A stretch of 20,000 nt of DNA from IMG/VR virus record IMGVR_UViG_3300033998_000157. The stretch is one strand, 5' to 3'. Under the pieces are notes generated by a model. The model searched no databases and was not told where the DNA came from. It was given only the letters and a program-made list of their open reading frames with translations. The number at the start of each line of letters is the position of its first letter. The first letter of the stretch is position 1. The DNA is from an uncultured virus (IMG/VR IMGVR_UViG_3300033998_000157). Lineage: Duplodnaviria > Heunggongvirae > Uroviricota > Caudoviricetes. A program made the position numbers and the translations under genes. Below are positions 10,261 to 19,882 of this stretch, piece after piece.

Positions 10261-11586
10261 ATGGCTAAATTTAAAAAAGCTCCTCCTTATTACACATTGT
10301 TGGATCATATAATTAAATTAAATCGAAATCATGGGGTTGATTTGTTTACTATTTTCTACTACTGGGTCATGCAATGCGAGTTATACGAAGATGAGGACTT
10401 TGTATCCAGCGTCTATAGCGTCATTAATGAAAAATTTGAGGGCTTTAATAAGGCAAATAATATTAATGCTATTATAATATTTTTCATCGGAGTTATAAAC
10501 ACATATAGTAAATACAAGAGCCTTCCTGATTACATTCGACCTATAATGGCTAAAGCTTTCTATAGGTTAAGTATTTATGTTCAAGAAGGCGCTAAGTTAC
10601 AGAATAAAATTACTTTTGTTGAAGCTGTGGCTTCTAAAGATATTAATCAAAAATATTCTCCACGTGGTTATTTCATTTTGTCAAATTTGTTCTATAAGAA
10701 AAATACGAAGGAATTAATAGAAGTTATAGAATACGATGTTTCTGAAGAAGAAAAAGAAGAACCTTTTAAGAATCATAAAGTGTTTGATTATGATGAAATA
10801 GCTTTAATGGTTCATAGTGTGCTTACTTCGAAAAATCAAAATGAACCTTTAATTAAAAATATACAAGAAATGGTTGAAGAAATTTCAGATGAAGAATTGA
10901 ATGATGTTGTTGGAAACGAACCTTCTATGATTAAAAAATTGTATGCATATACAAAATTATTGATAATTGTCGCTAAAGAAAACGATAAGACAATTAAAGA
11001 ACTCGAAATTGATAGGAATAGATTAGATAATGCTATTAGAGGTATTATAGCTTCACAAAGACACGATAAAACATTCGAAGAATTAGAAAATAGAGTTGCT
11101 TATTTAGAAAATTTATTAGCAGAGAAGAATAAAGAAATTCATCAATTAAGGAATGATGAAAAGTCTAAAACTATAGAAAAATTAAATAAGAAACTAAGCG
11201 AATTGCAAGAAAAGTATATTGCTCTTAGCGAAGAAAACAACTCAAGAAAAGAGCTCATCAATGAATTAATGGAACAAGATAGATATTTTATAGAAGAAGA
11301 TATTATGACACCCTTAGAAGAACCAATAGACGTCATATACTTTGGATTAAGAAATATGGAACTCTATAATTATCTGAAACAATTCAATATATTGCTATAT
11401 ACTGTGAATCCAACTGTTACCCCAGATTACGTTCCAGAAGACAAACCTATTGTATTCAATATAGATGTTGCTAAACATGTGGTTTGGTGGAAAATTAAAC
11501 ACCTAAAACCATTACTTGTAACTGGTTCGAATGCAGAAAGATTAGGTAATATGATATATAGATTTGTAAAAGAGAGGTGGCAATAA
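10261..11586 (+). CDS. Coiled-coil protein (441 aa) with a possible DUF2325-like C-terminal alpha/beta domain
   Basis: ORF track; SD AGGTGGTGA; long E/K/L heptad segment at ~aa 240-340; C-terminal IDVIYFG...IVFNIDVAKH. The domain call is from memory only. Confidence 0.75.
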   Translation: MAKFKKAPPYYTLLDHIIKLNRNHGVDLFTIFYYWVMQCELYEDEDFVSSVYSVINEKFEGFNKANNINAIIIFFIGVINTYSKYKSLPDYIRPIMAKAFYRLSIYVQEGAKLQNKITFVEAVASKDINQKYSPRGYFILSNLFYKKNTKELIEVIEYDVSEEEKEEPFKNHKVFDYDEIALMVHSVLTSKNQNEPLIKNIQEMVEEISDEELNDVVGNEPSMIKKLYAYTKLLIIVAKENDKTIKELEIDRNRLDNAIRGIIASQRHDKTFEELENRVAYLENLLAEKNKEIHQLRNDEKSKTIEKLNKKLSELQEKYIALSEENNSRKELINELMEQDRYFIEEDIMTPLEEPIDVIYFGLRNMELYNYLKQFNILLYTVNPTVTPDYVPEDKPIVFNIDVAKHVVWWKIKHLKPLLVTGSNAERLGNMIYRFVKERWQ

Positions 11587-12041
11587 TGTTTTACCTCAAC
11601 GAGTCGTTTATAATGGTACCTAAATCAGTAATGATTTTTGCTTTAACTGTTAGGCCAGCAAATACAGGACGTATTTATCTTTACCTGTATTCAAACTCTC
11701 TTGCTCATTCGTGGAAAATTGGTGTTGCAAAAAAATACACAAGTTTAATTTCATACAGACATATATCGAAGAAGATGGAGATAGCATACGGAATAGTGGA
11801 AGACTCGATACATCAATTAATCAAAATCAATGCTATTAAAAAAGTTGAACAAAATAATAAAGGCACTGTGTATAAAGTAAATGTACCTGAATGGTACGAC
11901 GAAGAAAAAGGAGAATGGCATTTTGAAGATCCAGAAAAGTCAAGAACATTCTATGCTATAGATGAAGATATAGATACATTAAAACATATTAAAACCAGAC
12001 TTAAAGAAGATAAAATACCACTATTTAAAAAGATATTTTAA
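11586..12041 (+). CDS. Winged helix-turn-helix DNA-binding protein
   Basis: Start moved to ATG 11586 (TAATG coupling, SD GAGAGGTGG; the track uses GTG 11577). SYRHISKKMEIAYGIVEDSIHQLIKINAIKKVEQNNKGTVYKV fits a wHTH pattern. Confidence 0.65.
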   Translation: MFYLNESFIMVPKSVMIFALTVRPANTGRIYLYLYSNSLAHSWKIGVAKKYTSLISYRHISKKMEIAYGIVEDSIHQLIKINAIKKVEQNNKGTVYKVNVPEWYDEEKGEWHFEDPEKSRTFYAIDEDIDTLKHIKTRLKEDKIPLFKKIF

Positions 12042-12042
12042 A

Positions 12043-12062
12043 AAGGGGCAATTAAGCCCCTT
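12043..12062. terminator. Probable bidirectional terminator between convergent genes
   Basis: AAGGGGC-aattaa-GCCCCTT flanked by A and T runs, between the stops at 12041 (+) and 12061 (-). Confidence 0.7.
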
Positions 12063-12342
12063 ATATTTTTAAGTTGTATTTGTTTATCAGTTTCATTATT
12101 TTGTTGAATAGTTCTTCTGTATAATCCTTGTCGTTGATGTAAATGTGTATGTATCCAGAACTTCCGTCAATAATAACGAAATGATTATAATTCTGTTTTC
12201 TCAATTCGTCATCAATTATGTTCTTACTTACAGTCATATATTCAACATACTTTCGTGAGTCAAATTCTCCTTCAAAAATATAATCAATCCCTTCTAAAAT
12301 CGGTATTAATTCAAATAGTATATGGTGAAAAGTTAAACTCAT
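12061..12342 (-). CDS. Hypothetical protein (93 aa)
   Basis: ORF track; SD GAGGTGG; TAA stop. Confidence 0.7.
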   Translation of the reverse strand: MSLTFHHILFELIPILEGIDYIFEGEFDSRKYVEYMTVSKNIIDDELRKQNYNHFVIIDGSSGYIHIYINDKDYTEELFNKIMKLINKYNLKI

Positions 12343-12353
12343 ATAACCACCTC

Positions 12354-13361
12354 TTAGTATAGAACTAAATATACATCAATATTTTCACTGAATACTAATT
12401 CAGATAACATCAACATATTTGCTATCGCATTTATTGTATAGTTGATATATTCATCAAATGTTTTATCGCTTTCTTCGTAATAACAAATTTTTATTATATC
12501 ATCATCAAATACTATATATACATCAGAATTTTCTGGAAAATATACATGCGGATTATATATGTTTCGAGAATGTGTTTTATCTGCTATAGCTGTGTAATTG
12601 TAGAATTTACCAATAGTATTGTGAATATTTTTTGTGCTTAACATATCCAATGTTATATAATACGGCTCTTCTTCTCCCCTAAAAACCTTTAAAGGCGGTT
12701 TTTTCATAGCCATATTAATCATATTATTAATCAAACATATATTATTCTGGTAATATGTGCTTTTTGCTAAAGAAAATACTAAGTCTCTATGTGTTTTAAG
12801 AAATTTATCTATTTTAGGAATCATGAATAATAATGGGTTTTCAGAAATTATGTGTTGAGAATTTACTTTTATTAATTCGTTCAACATTCTGAAATTCACA
12901 ATCAATTCATCTGAATTTTTAATGCTATTTACTATGTTCTCGAAAATATGCAAATCTTCTCTAACCTTGTTTATTGTATTAAAATCCCTAAAATCATTTT
13001 CTTTTATTGATTCCTTACACAATTCAAGTCTCGCAATTTCATAGTTCAAAAATTCTTGGAAAAATAATATATGTTGTAATACTGTCAATCTTTTTAATTG
13101 CAATAATTCGCTTTTCAAATTCATGAAGAAGTCATATTCTTCTTTTTCCACTTTAAGCAAAATGACATCTTCATCAATTCCGTATTTGCGTTTTATAAAT
13201 TTCTTTCTATTAGTAACCGTATAAGAACACAAAAATTCAGTTTCCTCTTCTATTTTGAAATTTTGTCGTTCTTCTTCTGATTTAAAATCTCTAATATAAA
13301 ATCGTATATTATTATTGTAGTTATACATTTCTTCTTGTGGTTTTTGTTTAGCAAAAAACAT
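12354..13361 (-). CDS. Hypothetical protein (335 aa)
   Basis: ORF track; SD AAGGAGG; TAA stop; no family recognised. Confidence 0.8.
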   Translation of the reverse strand: MFFAKQKPQEEMYNYNNNIRFYIRDFKSEEERQNFKIEEETEFLCSYTVTNRKKFIKRKYGIDEDVILLKVEKEEYDFFMNLKSELLQLKRLTVLQHILFFQEFLNYEIARLELCKESIKENDFRDFNTINKVREDLHIFENIVNSIKNSDELIVNFRMLNELIKVNSQHIISENPLLFMIPKIDKFLKTHRDLVFSLAKSTYYQNNICLINNMINMAMKKPPLKVFRGEEEPYYITLDMLSTKNIHNTIGKFYNYTAIADKTHSRNIYNPHVYFPENSDVYIVFDDDIIKICYYEESDKTFDEYINYTINAIANMLMLSELVFSENIDVYLVLY

Positions 13362-13381
13362 TATTGCGCCTCCTTATTATA

Positions 13382-13405
13382 ATATCCAGCCTCACGGCTG
13401 GACAT
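13382..13405 (-). promoter_or_regulatory. Stable GNRA-loop hairpin upstream of the RBS of 13361
   Basis: Minus strand ATGTCCAGCC-GTGA-GGCTGGATAT, followed by TATAATAAGGAGG; no U-tract. Confidence 0.45.
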
Positions 13406-13473
13406 AGTTACCTTTTTAATATATTGTATGAAAAACTGAACTATTTGGAGAATATAGAACAAGAAATGTTAGG

Positions 13474-13659
13474 TTAACTTTTTAATATATTGTATGATAA
13501 ACCTAATATTGTATATACAGATAAGAATACTAAAAGTACTTTAACGTAAAACGGGATATAATATGGTATAACAGAAAATGCTGTCAATATAGTTAGTATA
13601 GATATTGCTATTATTAATAGCATTATGTCCGAAAACACTAATTGCATCATCTTTTTCAT
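13474..13659 (-). CDS. Small membrane protein, two predicted TM helices (61 aa)
   Basis: ORF track; SD GGAGGG; two hydrophobic stretches. Confidence 0.7.
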   Translation of the reverse strand: MKKMMQLVFSDIMLLIIAISILTILTAFSVIPYYIPFYVKVLLVFLSVYTILGLSYNILKS

Positions 13660-13671
13660 ATTATCCCTCCA

Positions 13672-14916
13672 TTAAATATGCAATAAGAATTCTGGTTCTG
13701 TTTTCATTATATATTTAATAATTGATTCTTTGAATTTTTTATCTGTTTCTTCTTTATATATATCATATAATTTAGAACTATAACCATTTATTTTTAAAGT
13801 TCTTAATATATTAACAGTTTTCTTTCTTAATGGTATTGGATTTCTTTTATCTGATGCAAGTTCATATAACTTATCTGCATAATCTTTTAACGCAAATTTC
13901 TTTATCACATCAATGGCAAATGATTTCATTTTTAAAGAATTAGATTTCAACATATCTTCGATTTTTTCGACAAGCATATAATCTTGAAAATGTAACAAAT
14001 ATCTTATAGCATAATCATATTCTTCTTTAAACACATATTGTCTTGCCTCATTTATGTGATTTGGATCATCTTTAAGCATAGCGATTTTAAATTTTAAATT
14101 TACTATTTTAGGGTCTTGTATTTCTTCAATTTTAGCTATATCGCTTTCTCTAATAACTTCAATACTATATTTTGATAAAACACTTGTAATTAATATTCTT
14201 ATTAATTCTACATCTTCTTCTTTATCCATTTGATCAATATAGAATTTTTTACCAAATTCAAGTGGTAAATCAGTAATATGTTTTATAACTAATTTCTTTA
14301 ATTTATTAGGTAATTCATCATATATAGGCACTAATAAATTATATATAGATACAGTATCATGTTGTTCTACAAACCTATTAATAATTATTTCCTTTGTTTT
14401 CTCATTAACATATGGATTTAATATTACTTCTTTTTCATTGCCTTCATTAATTATGCTAATTATTACTGGATTAGTTTCGTCTTTAAACAATTCATCCAAT
14501 CTATGATAATCATACATTTTTAATAATCTAGCTAATCTAATTCTTACTTTTTCATTTGAATCTTTTGACAATTTTTCTATTTCTTCAAAAGACAACAAAT
14601 CATTTTCAACTACTTTTTCTAATGCAAATAATCTAACGCTGATTTCTGGATCATATATAAATTGTTTTAATTCCAGATTATCTATCATTTTGTTTTTGTT
14701 GCAATATTTTAACGCTTCTAATCTTACTTTTCCATTATCGTGATTAATAAATTCTTTAACACCTGTAATTATTGTTTCCATATTAGATAGTTTTTTAATT
14801 GCTAATGCTATATCAATTGGATTTTCACTTTCTAACATTTTAGAGTATTTTAAATATTCAGTTCTTGTTGCTTCTTCCATAAGTTCTTTATACTTTTCAA
14901 TTATTGGATTTGCCAT
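13672..14916 (-). CDS. HEAT-repeat protein (414 aa)
   Basis: Repeated HEAT-like motifs: NHDNGKVRLEALK, YDPEISVRLFALE, KDSNEKVRIRLAR. SD AAGGGGG. Confidence 0.85.
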   Translation of the reverse strand: MANPIIEKYKELMEEATRTEYLKYSKMLESENPIDIALAIKKLSNMETIITGVKEFINHDNGKVRLEALKYCNKNKMIDNLELKQFIYDPEISVRLFALEKVVENDLLSFEEIEKLSKDSNEKVRIRLARLLKMYDYHRLDELFKDETNPVIISIINEGNEKEVILNPYVNEKTKEIIINRFVEQHDTVSIYNLLVPIYDELPNKLKKLVIKHITDLPLEFGKKFYIDQMDKEEDVELIRILITSVLSKYSIEVIRESDIAKIEEIQDPKIVNLKFKIAMLKDDPNHINEARQYVFKEEYDYAIRYLLHFQDYMLVEKIEDMLKSNSLKMKSFAIDVIKKFALKDYADKLYELASDKRNPIPLRKKTVNILRTLKINGYSSKLYDIYKEETDKKFKESIIKYIMKTEPEFLLHI

Positions 14917-14928
14917 GCAAACACCCCC

Positions 14929-15159
14929 TTAATTTTTAACACCCTCAAGTGATTGCTTTTGTAATAATTTCTGTACTTCTTCTATATATTCTTTCATTCT
15001 TTTATCGATATAATTTTCTAATTCTTTTTGATCAACATTTAACTTTTCTACTAAAAACTCTAAGATATAACTTATTACTTGTAAGTTTTGGTTTGTTTTA
15101 ATTTGTAATTGTGCCAAACTATCAAGTTCTTGTTGTAATGTTTTCATCTTATCATCCAT
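14929..15159 (-). CDS. Small coiled-coil hypothetical protein (76 aa)
   Basis: ORF track; SD GGAGGTG; TAA stop. Confidence 0.7.
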   Translation of the reverse strand: MDDKMKTLQQELDSLAQLQIKTNQNLQVISYILEFLVEKLNVDQKELENYIDKRMKEYIEEVQKLLQKQSLEGVKN

Positions 15160-15161
15160 AT

Positions 15162-15371
15162 TTACACCTCCGAATTCTCAAATTTTTTCTCTAAAAATTC
15201 TGCTAATTCAAACAAATCTATATTAGCATCAGAAATTATAAAATCTACAATTGTATATAAAACCATTATTGAGTTATACATATCATTTAATTGTATAGAT
15301 ATGTTGTTTATATCATTATCTATTTTATTAACTTTGTTTTCTAGTTCTGTAATACGTTTGTTGTTAAACAA
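15162..15371 (-). CDS. Small coiled-coil hypothetical protein (69 aa)
   Basis: ORF track; TTG start with GGAGGTGG SD; TAA stop. Confidence 0.65.
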   Translation of the reverse strand: MFNNKRITELENKVNKIDNDINNISIQLNDMYNSIMVLYTIVDFIISDANIDLFELAEFLEKKFENSEV

Positions 15372-15372
15372 A

Positions 15373-15414
15373 TCCTACCACCTCCTATATAAATATATTA
15401 TACTGGTGGTAGGA
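15373..15414 (-). promoter_or_regulatory. Inverted repeat overlapping the RBS of the 15371 gene (RBS-occluding hairpin and/or polC terminator)
   Basis: TCCTACCACC (15414-15405) pairs with GGTGGTAGGA (15382-15373). The loop contains TATAAT and the stem is followed by TTTGTTT. Confidence 0.55.
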
Positions 15415-15423
15415 ATAAATAAC

Positions 15424-18400
15424 TTAAACAAACACTGTTGGTGCGTCTGATGTTAATCCTTCCATTGCTCCGATTTCTTGTAAAATTGCAATATGATTTT
15501 TATTAGCCTTAACTCTCTTTTTAAAGTCTTCAACAGACATAAATTGTAATTTATTTCTTTCATTAACTATATTATTAGCTACAGATGTTCCTAATCCTTT
15601 TATTGTATTTAAAGGTAATAATATTTTATTGTTTTTAACAATAAATTTTTCTGCTTCGCTTTCATATATATTTGGTAATTCAAATTCAATATTATGTTGT
15701 TTAGCATCAAATATTATTTCTAATATACTTGCATCTTTTTTATCCTTAGCATTTTTAGTTCTTAAAAGTTTAAATATTGTATCAACCAATGTTTTTGAAT
15801 CCATCATATAATAATCAAAAGTTACTGATGATTTTTTAGATAAAATTGCACTATAAAATGCTGCTGGATAATATCTTTTAAACCATGCTATTCTATAACT
15901 CATCATTACATATGCTGCCGAATGTGCTTTTGGGAATAAATAACTTATCTTTTTACATGCATTTATATACCATTCTGGTACTCCGTGTGCTTTCATTTCG
16001 TGTATGTCTTCATCTCTTAATCCTTTGCCTTTTCTAACTCTTTCCATAATATCAAATGATAATTTTTTATCTACACCTTTAGAAATAAGGTAATTCATTA
16101 TATCGTCTCTTGCCGTGATAATTTCCTTTAATGTTGCAACACCTGATTGTACTAAAATCTCTTCATTTCCATTCCAAATATTTTCACCATGAGCTATACC
16201 TGCTATTCTAACTAATTCATCAAAAGTAGTCGGTCTTGTGCTTTCTAATATTCTTCTTACAAATGGAGTTCCAAATTCTGGAATACCAATACTATCAATC
16301 TTACTAATTGGTTCTAAATCATAATCTGTTGAATTGAATAATTTCATAACTTCTTTATCATCCATTGGAACAGTTAAAGGATCTACTCCTGTATATTCTT
16401 GTAAATACTTTAAAATTGTAGGATTTAAATGACCTAAAGCGTCTAATTTTACTATATCATCGTGTATATGTTCGTAAGCTATATGAGTTGTAAATGCTTG
16501 TGATGTGTCATTAGCAGGATGTTGATATGGTGTAAAATCAAACACTTGATATTTCTTTGGTACTATTAACAATCCTCCAGGATGTTGAGATGTACCTACT
16601 TTAACTCCTTGTAATCTTTTTGCTATATATTCAACTGTAGCGTCTGATATCTTTCCATTTGTACTTGCATAATCTCTTGCTATTCCAAATGCAGTTTTTT
16701 CTGCAATTGTAAGTATTGTTCCAGCTCTAAATACTTTATCTTCACCAAACACTTGTCTAACATAATCATGTGCCTTTGCTTGGAATTCATCTGAAAAATT
16801 TAAATCTACGTCTGGTACTTTATCTCCTTCAAATCCAACAAATGTTTCAAACGGTATATTTAAACCTCTTTTATCCATTTTTACATTACATTTTTCACAA
16901 TATTTATCTTCTGCATCATATCCAGTTGGAGCATCTACAAATTCAGTATGTTTACATTTAGGACAAACATAATGAGCAGGCATAGGATTAACTTCTGTAA
17001 CTCCTATTAAATGAGCAACCAAAGAAGAACCTACCGAACCTCTTGAACCAACAATATATCCATTGTCTTGTGAATACTTAGTAACAATTTGTGCTAATAA
17101 ATATAATTCAGCAAATCCGTGTTTAATAATTGAATTAAGTTCTTTGTTCACTCTTTCTAAAATAGCTTTATGTGGATTATCACCGTATTCTTCTTTAAGT
17201 CGTCTCAACGTTAATTCTTTCAATTGTTTGTCAGAATTTTCAATTCCTGGCGGTATTAATATTCCATTAACTATTTTTATATTTTCAATATCTTCTATTA
17301 ATTGTTTTGGGCCATTTAATACTATATTCATCGCCACATTTTTGTCATTAACTATATCTTGAATTTCTTTTATTAATTCATCTGTTCTAAAAAAGTAAGC
17401 TTCTATATCTTCTTTATTTCTTGACTTTGATTTATTACTTTGAGTTAGTGATTTAAATACTATTCTATCGTACTCATCTAAATAATGTGCATTAGATACT
17501 GCAATAATAGGTTTTTTCATCTTTTTAGATAATTCAAACTCATATTTATATATATTTTTCGATGTTTCTGGATTAACTGATGTTTTTGCTGGTGCTATTT
17601 CTATATAATCATATAATTCTTTATAATGATCTATATTTCTATCATTAAATTCATTGTTATATATTTCTTCGTATAATGTACTACCTTCTAATCCTGTTCC
17701 ATATAATAATCCTTTTTTATATTCTTTTAATTTATTTTCTGGTATTGCTGGAATACCATGATATAAATACTTTGAATGTGCATCTGAAATCATTTTATAT
17801 AAGTTTTTCAAACCTTCTTGTGTTTTAACTATAACTGATACTTGTATTATTTTTCTATCTACTTCATTCTGTTTTCCATATTCATTTAATTCGTTTGCTG
17901 TAAAAATTTTTAATTTAAAAGTTCTTTCTAATAATTTCATAAATATCATTGCTAATACTTTAGCATCTTCATCAGCTCTATGATGATTAAAATCTCCCAA
18001 TTTAAATGTTTTTGCTAATGATGCCAAACCATGTCTTTTTCTGTTGTTCATAACTGTTCTTGATAATCTTAATGTATCTAAGTAAGTCATATTAATTTCT
18101 TCTATTGCATTTATAAAAGAATAGTCAAAATCCGCATTATGAGCTACAAGCACAGTTCCTTTAATAAACTCTTTGAATTTTGGCCAAACCTCTTCTATAT
18201 ATGGTGCATTTTCTACCATATCTTGTGTTATACCAGTGATTTGAGTTGAAATTTTACTAATTTGCTTTCTTGGTTTAACCATTGTATGAAAACTATCTAT
18301 AATCATACCATTTTCTACTTTAACAGCACCAATTTCAATTATTTCATCATATTTTGGACTCGTGCCAGTGGTTTCTAAATCAAACACTGTGTATGTTTTC

Positions 18401-19209
18401 TCTGTTAAATTAAAATCTTCTTTTAAATTATTAATAATTAAAGAATCATCGTTATATACATTAATTGTTGCACCATAAATTGGAGTTATATTATATTTCT
18501 TAGATACTTTTTCTAATATAGGAAAACCTTGAACGCTTACTATATCAGAAATTCCTATATATTTATATCCTCTTTCACTCGCTTCTTTTACATATTCTTC
18601 TATATCTAATACAGATGTGGCTTCTGATAATTTAGTTTTTACATTCAATTCAATTCTTTCTATATCTTTCTTTTTTGTTTCTATCCTTTGTATTTTATTT
18701 AATAAAATAGCATTGCTTCCATAATTACCTTGTATTAACACTTCTTCTCCAACATTAATGTTTTCTATAATATGTGCATCCAAAGTATTTACATAACATT
18801 TTATTGTTTCTGTTGTATCATTTACATACAATACATTTTCTTGTTTATGAACTACTTTACCTTTAATTATAACTTCTTTTGGTCTTGATATATAAACATC
18901 TTTGATATTCATTGCACCTTCGATAGATAAACCTTTCTTTTTCTTTAACTCTTTACCAGTTAGTTCTAAAATTCTATTTCTAAACATATCAGAACTTACA
19001 TACATTTGTTTGTCTTTATAATCTACATAAATCCAATAATATTTAGAATATGTTCTAACAAACACATCTTTGTTTATTTTTTGCTTTAATATTTGTGCCT
19101 TTTCTTTATAATCTTTCGGCATATATTTTAAAAATACATATAATTTATTATCTTTTATATAAGCATGTTCAGGTTCAACTCCAAATATTTCGTGTATTAA
19201 TTCTTTCAA
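15424..19209 (-). CDS. polC: DNA polymerase III alpha subunit, PolC type (family C with embedded DnaQ exonuclease)
   Basis: Exonuclease motifs VFDLETTG, AHNADFD and HHRADEDA; GSRGSVGSS; Zn finger CPKC..CEKC; catalytic KVPDVDLNFS; SQHPGG; KLDALGH; YLFPKAHSAAY. Likely start is TTG 19209, given GAGGAGG spacing (the track uses GTG 19218). Confidence 0.95.
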   Translation of the reverse strand: MKELIHEIFGVEPEHAYIKDNKLYVFLKYMPKDYKEKAQILKQKINKDVFVRTYSKYYWIYVDYKDKQMYVSSDMFRNRILELTGKELKKKKGLSIEGAMNIKDVYISRPKEVIIKGKVVHKQENVLYVNDTTETIKCYVNTLDAHIIENINVGEEVLIQGNYGSNAILLNKIQRIETKKKDIERIELNVKTKLSEATSVLDIEEYVKEASERGYKYIGISDIVSVQGFPILEKVSKKYNITPIYGATINVYNDDSLIINNLKEDFNLTEKTYTVFDLETTGTSPKYDEIIEIGAVKVENGMIIDSFHTMVKPRKQISKISTQITGITQDMVENAPYIEEVWPKFKEFIKGTVLVAHNADFDYSFINAIEEINMTYLDTLRLSRTVMNNRKRHGLASLAKTFKLGDFNHHRADEDAKVLAMIFMKLLERTFKLKIFTANELNEYGKQNEVDRKIIQVSVIVKTQEGLKNLYKMISDAHSKYLYHGIPAIPENKLKEYKKGLLYGTGLEGSTLYEEIYNNEFNDRNIDHYKELYDYIEIAPAKTSVNPETSKNIYKYEFELSKKMKKPIIAVSNAHYLDEYDRIVFKSLTQSNKSKSRNKEDIEAYFFRTDELIKEIQDIVNDKNVAMNIVLNGPKQLIEDIENIKIVNGILIPPGIENSDKQLKELTLRRLKEEYGDNPHKAILERVNKELNSIIKHGFAELYLLAQIVTKYSQDNGYIVGSRGSVGSSLVAHLIGVTEVNPMPAHYVCPKCKHTEFVDAPTGYDAEDKYCEKCNVKMDKRGLNIPFETFVGFEGDKVPDVDLNFSDEFQAKAHDYVRQVFGEDKVFRAGTILTIAEKTAFGIARDYASTNGKISDATVEYIAKRLQGVKVGTSQHPGGLLIVPKKYQVFDFTPYQHPANDTSQAFTTHIAYEHIHDDIVKLDALGHLNPTILKYLQEYTGVDPLTVPMDDKEVMKLFNSTDYDLEPISKIDSIGIPEFGTPFVRRILESTRPTTFDELVRIAGIAHGENIWNGNEEILVQSGVATLKEIITARDDIMNYLISKGVDKKLSFDIMERVRKGKGLRDEDIHEMKAHGVPEWYINACKKISYLFPKAHSAAYVMMSYRIAWFKRYYPAAFYSAILSKKSSVTFDYYMMDSKTLVDTIFKLLRTKNAKDKKDASILEIIFDAKQHNIEFELPNIYESEAEKFIVKNNKILLPLNTIKGLGTSVANNIVNERNKLQFMSVEDFKKRVKANKNHIAILQEIGAMEGLTSDAPTVFV

Positions 19210-19305
19210 TATAGGCACCTCCTCTATGTGAAAGCACTCCTTTGTAATATTGTATTATTATTTAAAAGAAATAACTTGTATATATCCCTATATATTACAT
19301 TTTTT

Positions 19306-19333
19306 GAAAAATAAAGCACCACTTATGTGGTGC
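19306..19333 (-). terminator. Intrinsic terminator after the 19338 gene
   Basis: Minus strand GCACCAC-ATAA-GTGGTGC followed by TTTATTTTT. Confidence 0.75.
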
Positions 19334-19337
19334 CTCA

Positions 19338-19832
19338 TTATTTCTTTTTAACAACTATTATTTTCACATCACCATCTTCATCAATTCCTTCATTAGCAAG
19401 TTTCTTTATTTGTTCTATAACTTCTTCATCATCTATTATCTCTTTTAATGTTTTTTCAATTGGTTTAAAATCATCATCTTTTTCAATTTTGCGTGACTCT
19501 TTAACCACTTCTTTAAACATTAAATATTCTTTTGAAAGCCTATTTATCATATCATTGGATAATTGTTCAAAGTTTTTATAAACACCAGAAGTAAAAGTTT
19601 TTAATATATCATCAAATTCTTTGTTTCTTAAATCAATTTTCAATGAATCTTCTAAATATTCAGAAAAAGCTTCTAGAAAATTTTCTACAAATAATTTACC
19701 TATTTCTTTGATGTTTTTATTTAGCATATTCATTTCTTCATTAACAATTTTATCAAATTTGTTTAAATCAATTTTATCGAAAATATCTTCACCAAATTCT
19801 TCTTCTAATAACTTTTTTAAATTTTTATCCAT
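19338..19832 (-). CDS. Hypothetical acidic helical protein (164 aa)
   Basis: ORF track; SD GGAGGTG; TAA TGA stop. Confidence 0.8.
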   Translation of the reverse strand: MDKNLKKLLEEEFGEDIFDKIDLNKFDKIVNEEMNMLNKNIKEIGKLFVENFLEAFSEYLEDSLKIDLRNKEFDDILKTFTSGVYKNFEQLSNDMINRLSKEYLMFKEVVKESRKIEKDDDFKPIEKTLKEIIDDEEVIEQIKKLANEGIDEDGDVKIIVVKKK

Positions 19833-19882
19833 CCTAACACCTCCAACTATTATTTACTTTATTATATTTTATTTTAAAACTA

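Noticed and set aside
13474..13659. Holin call for the two-TM protein
   Set aside because: There is no adjacent endolysin, and it sits in the non-recoded, early-type block.
11142..19581. Antisense ORFs 11142-11336, 15629-15811, 16770-16961, 17063-17362, 19327-19581
   Set aside because: They lie opposite well-supported genes and show typical antisense-shadow composition.
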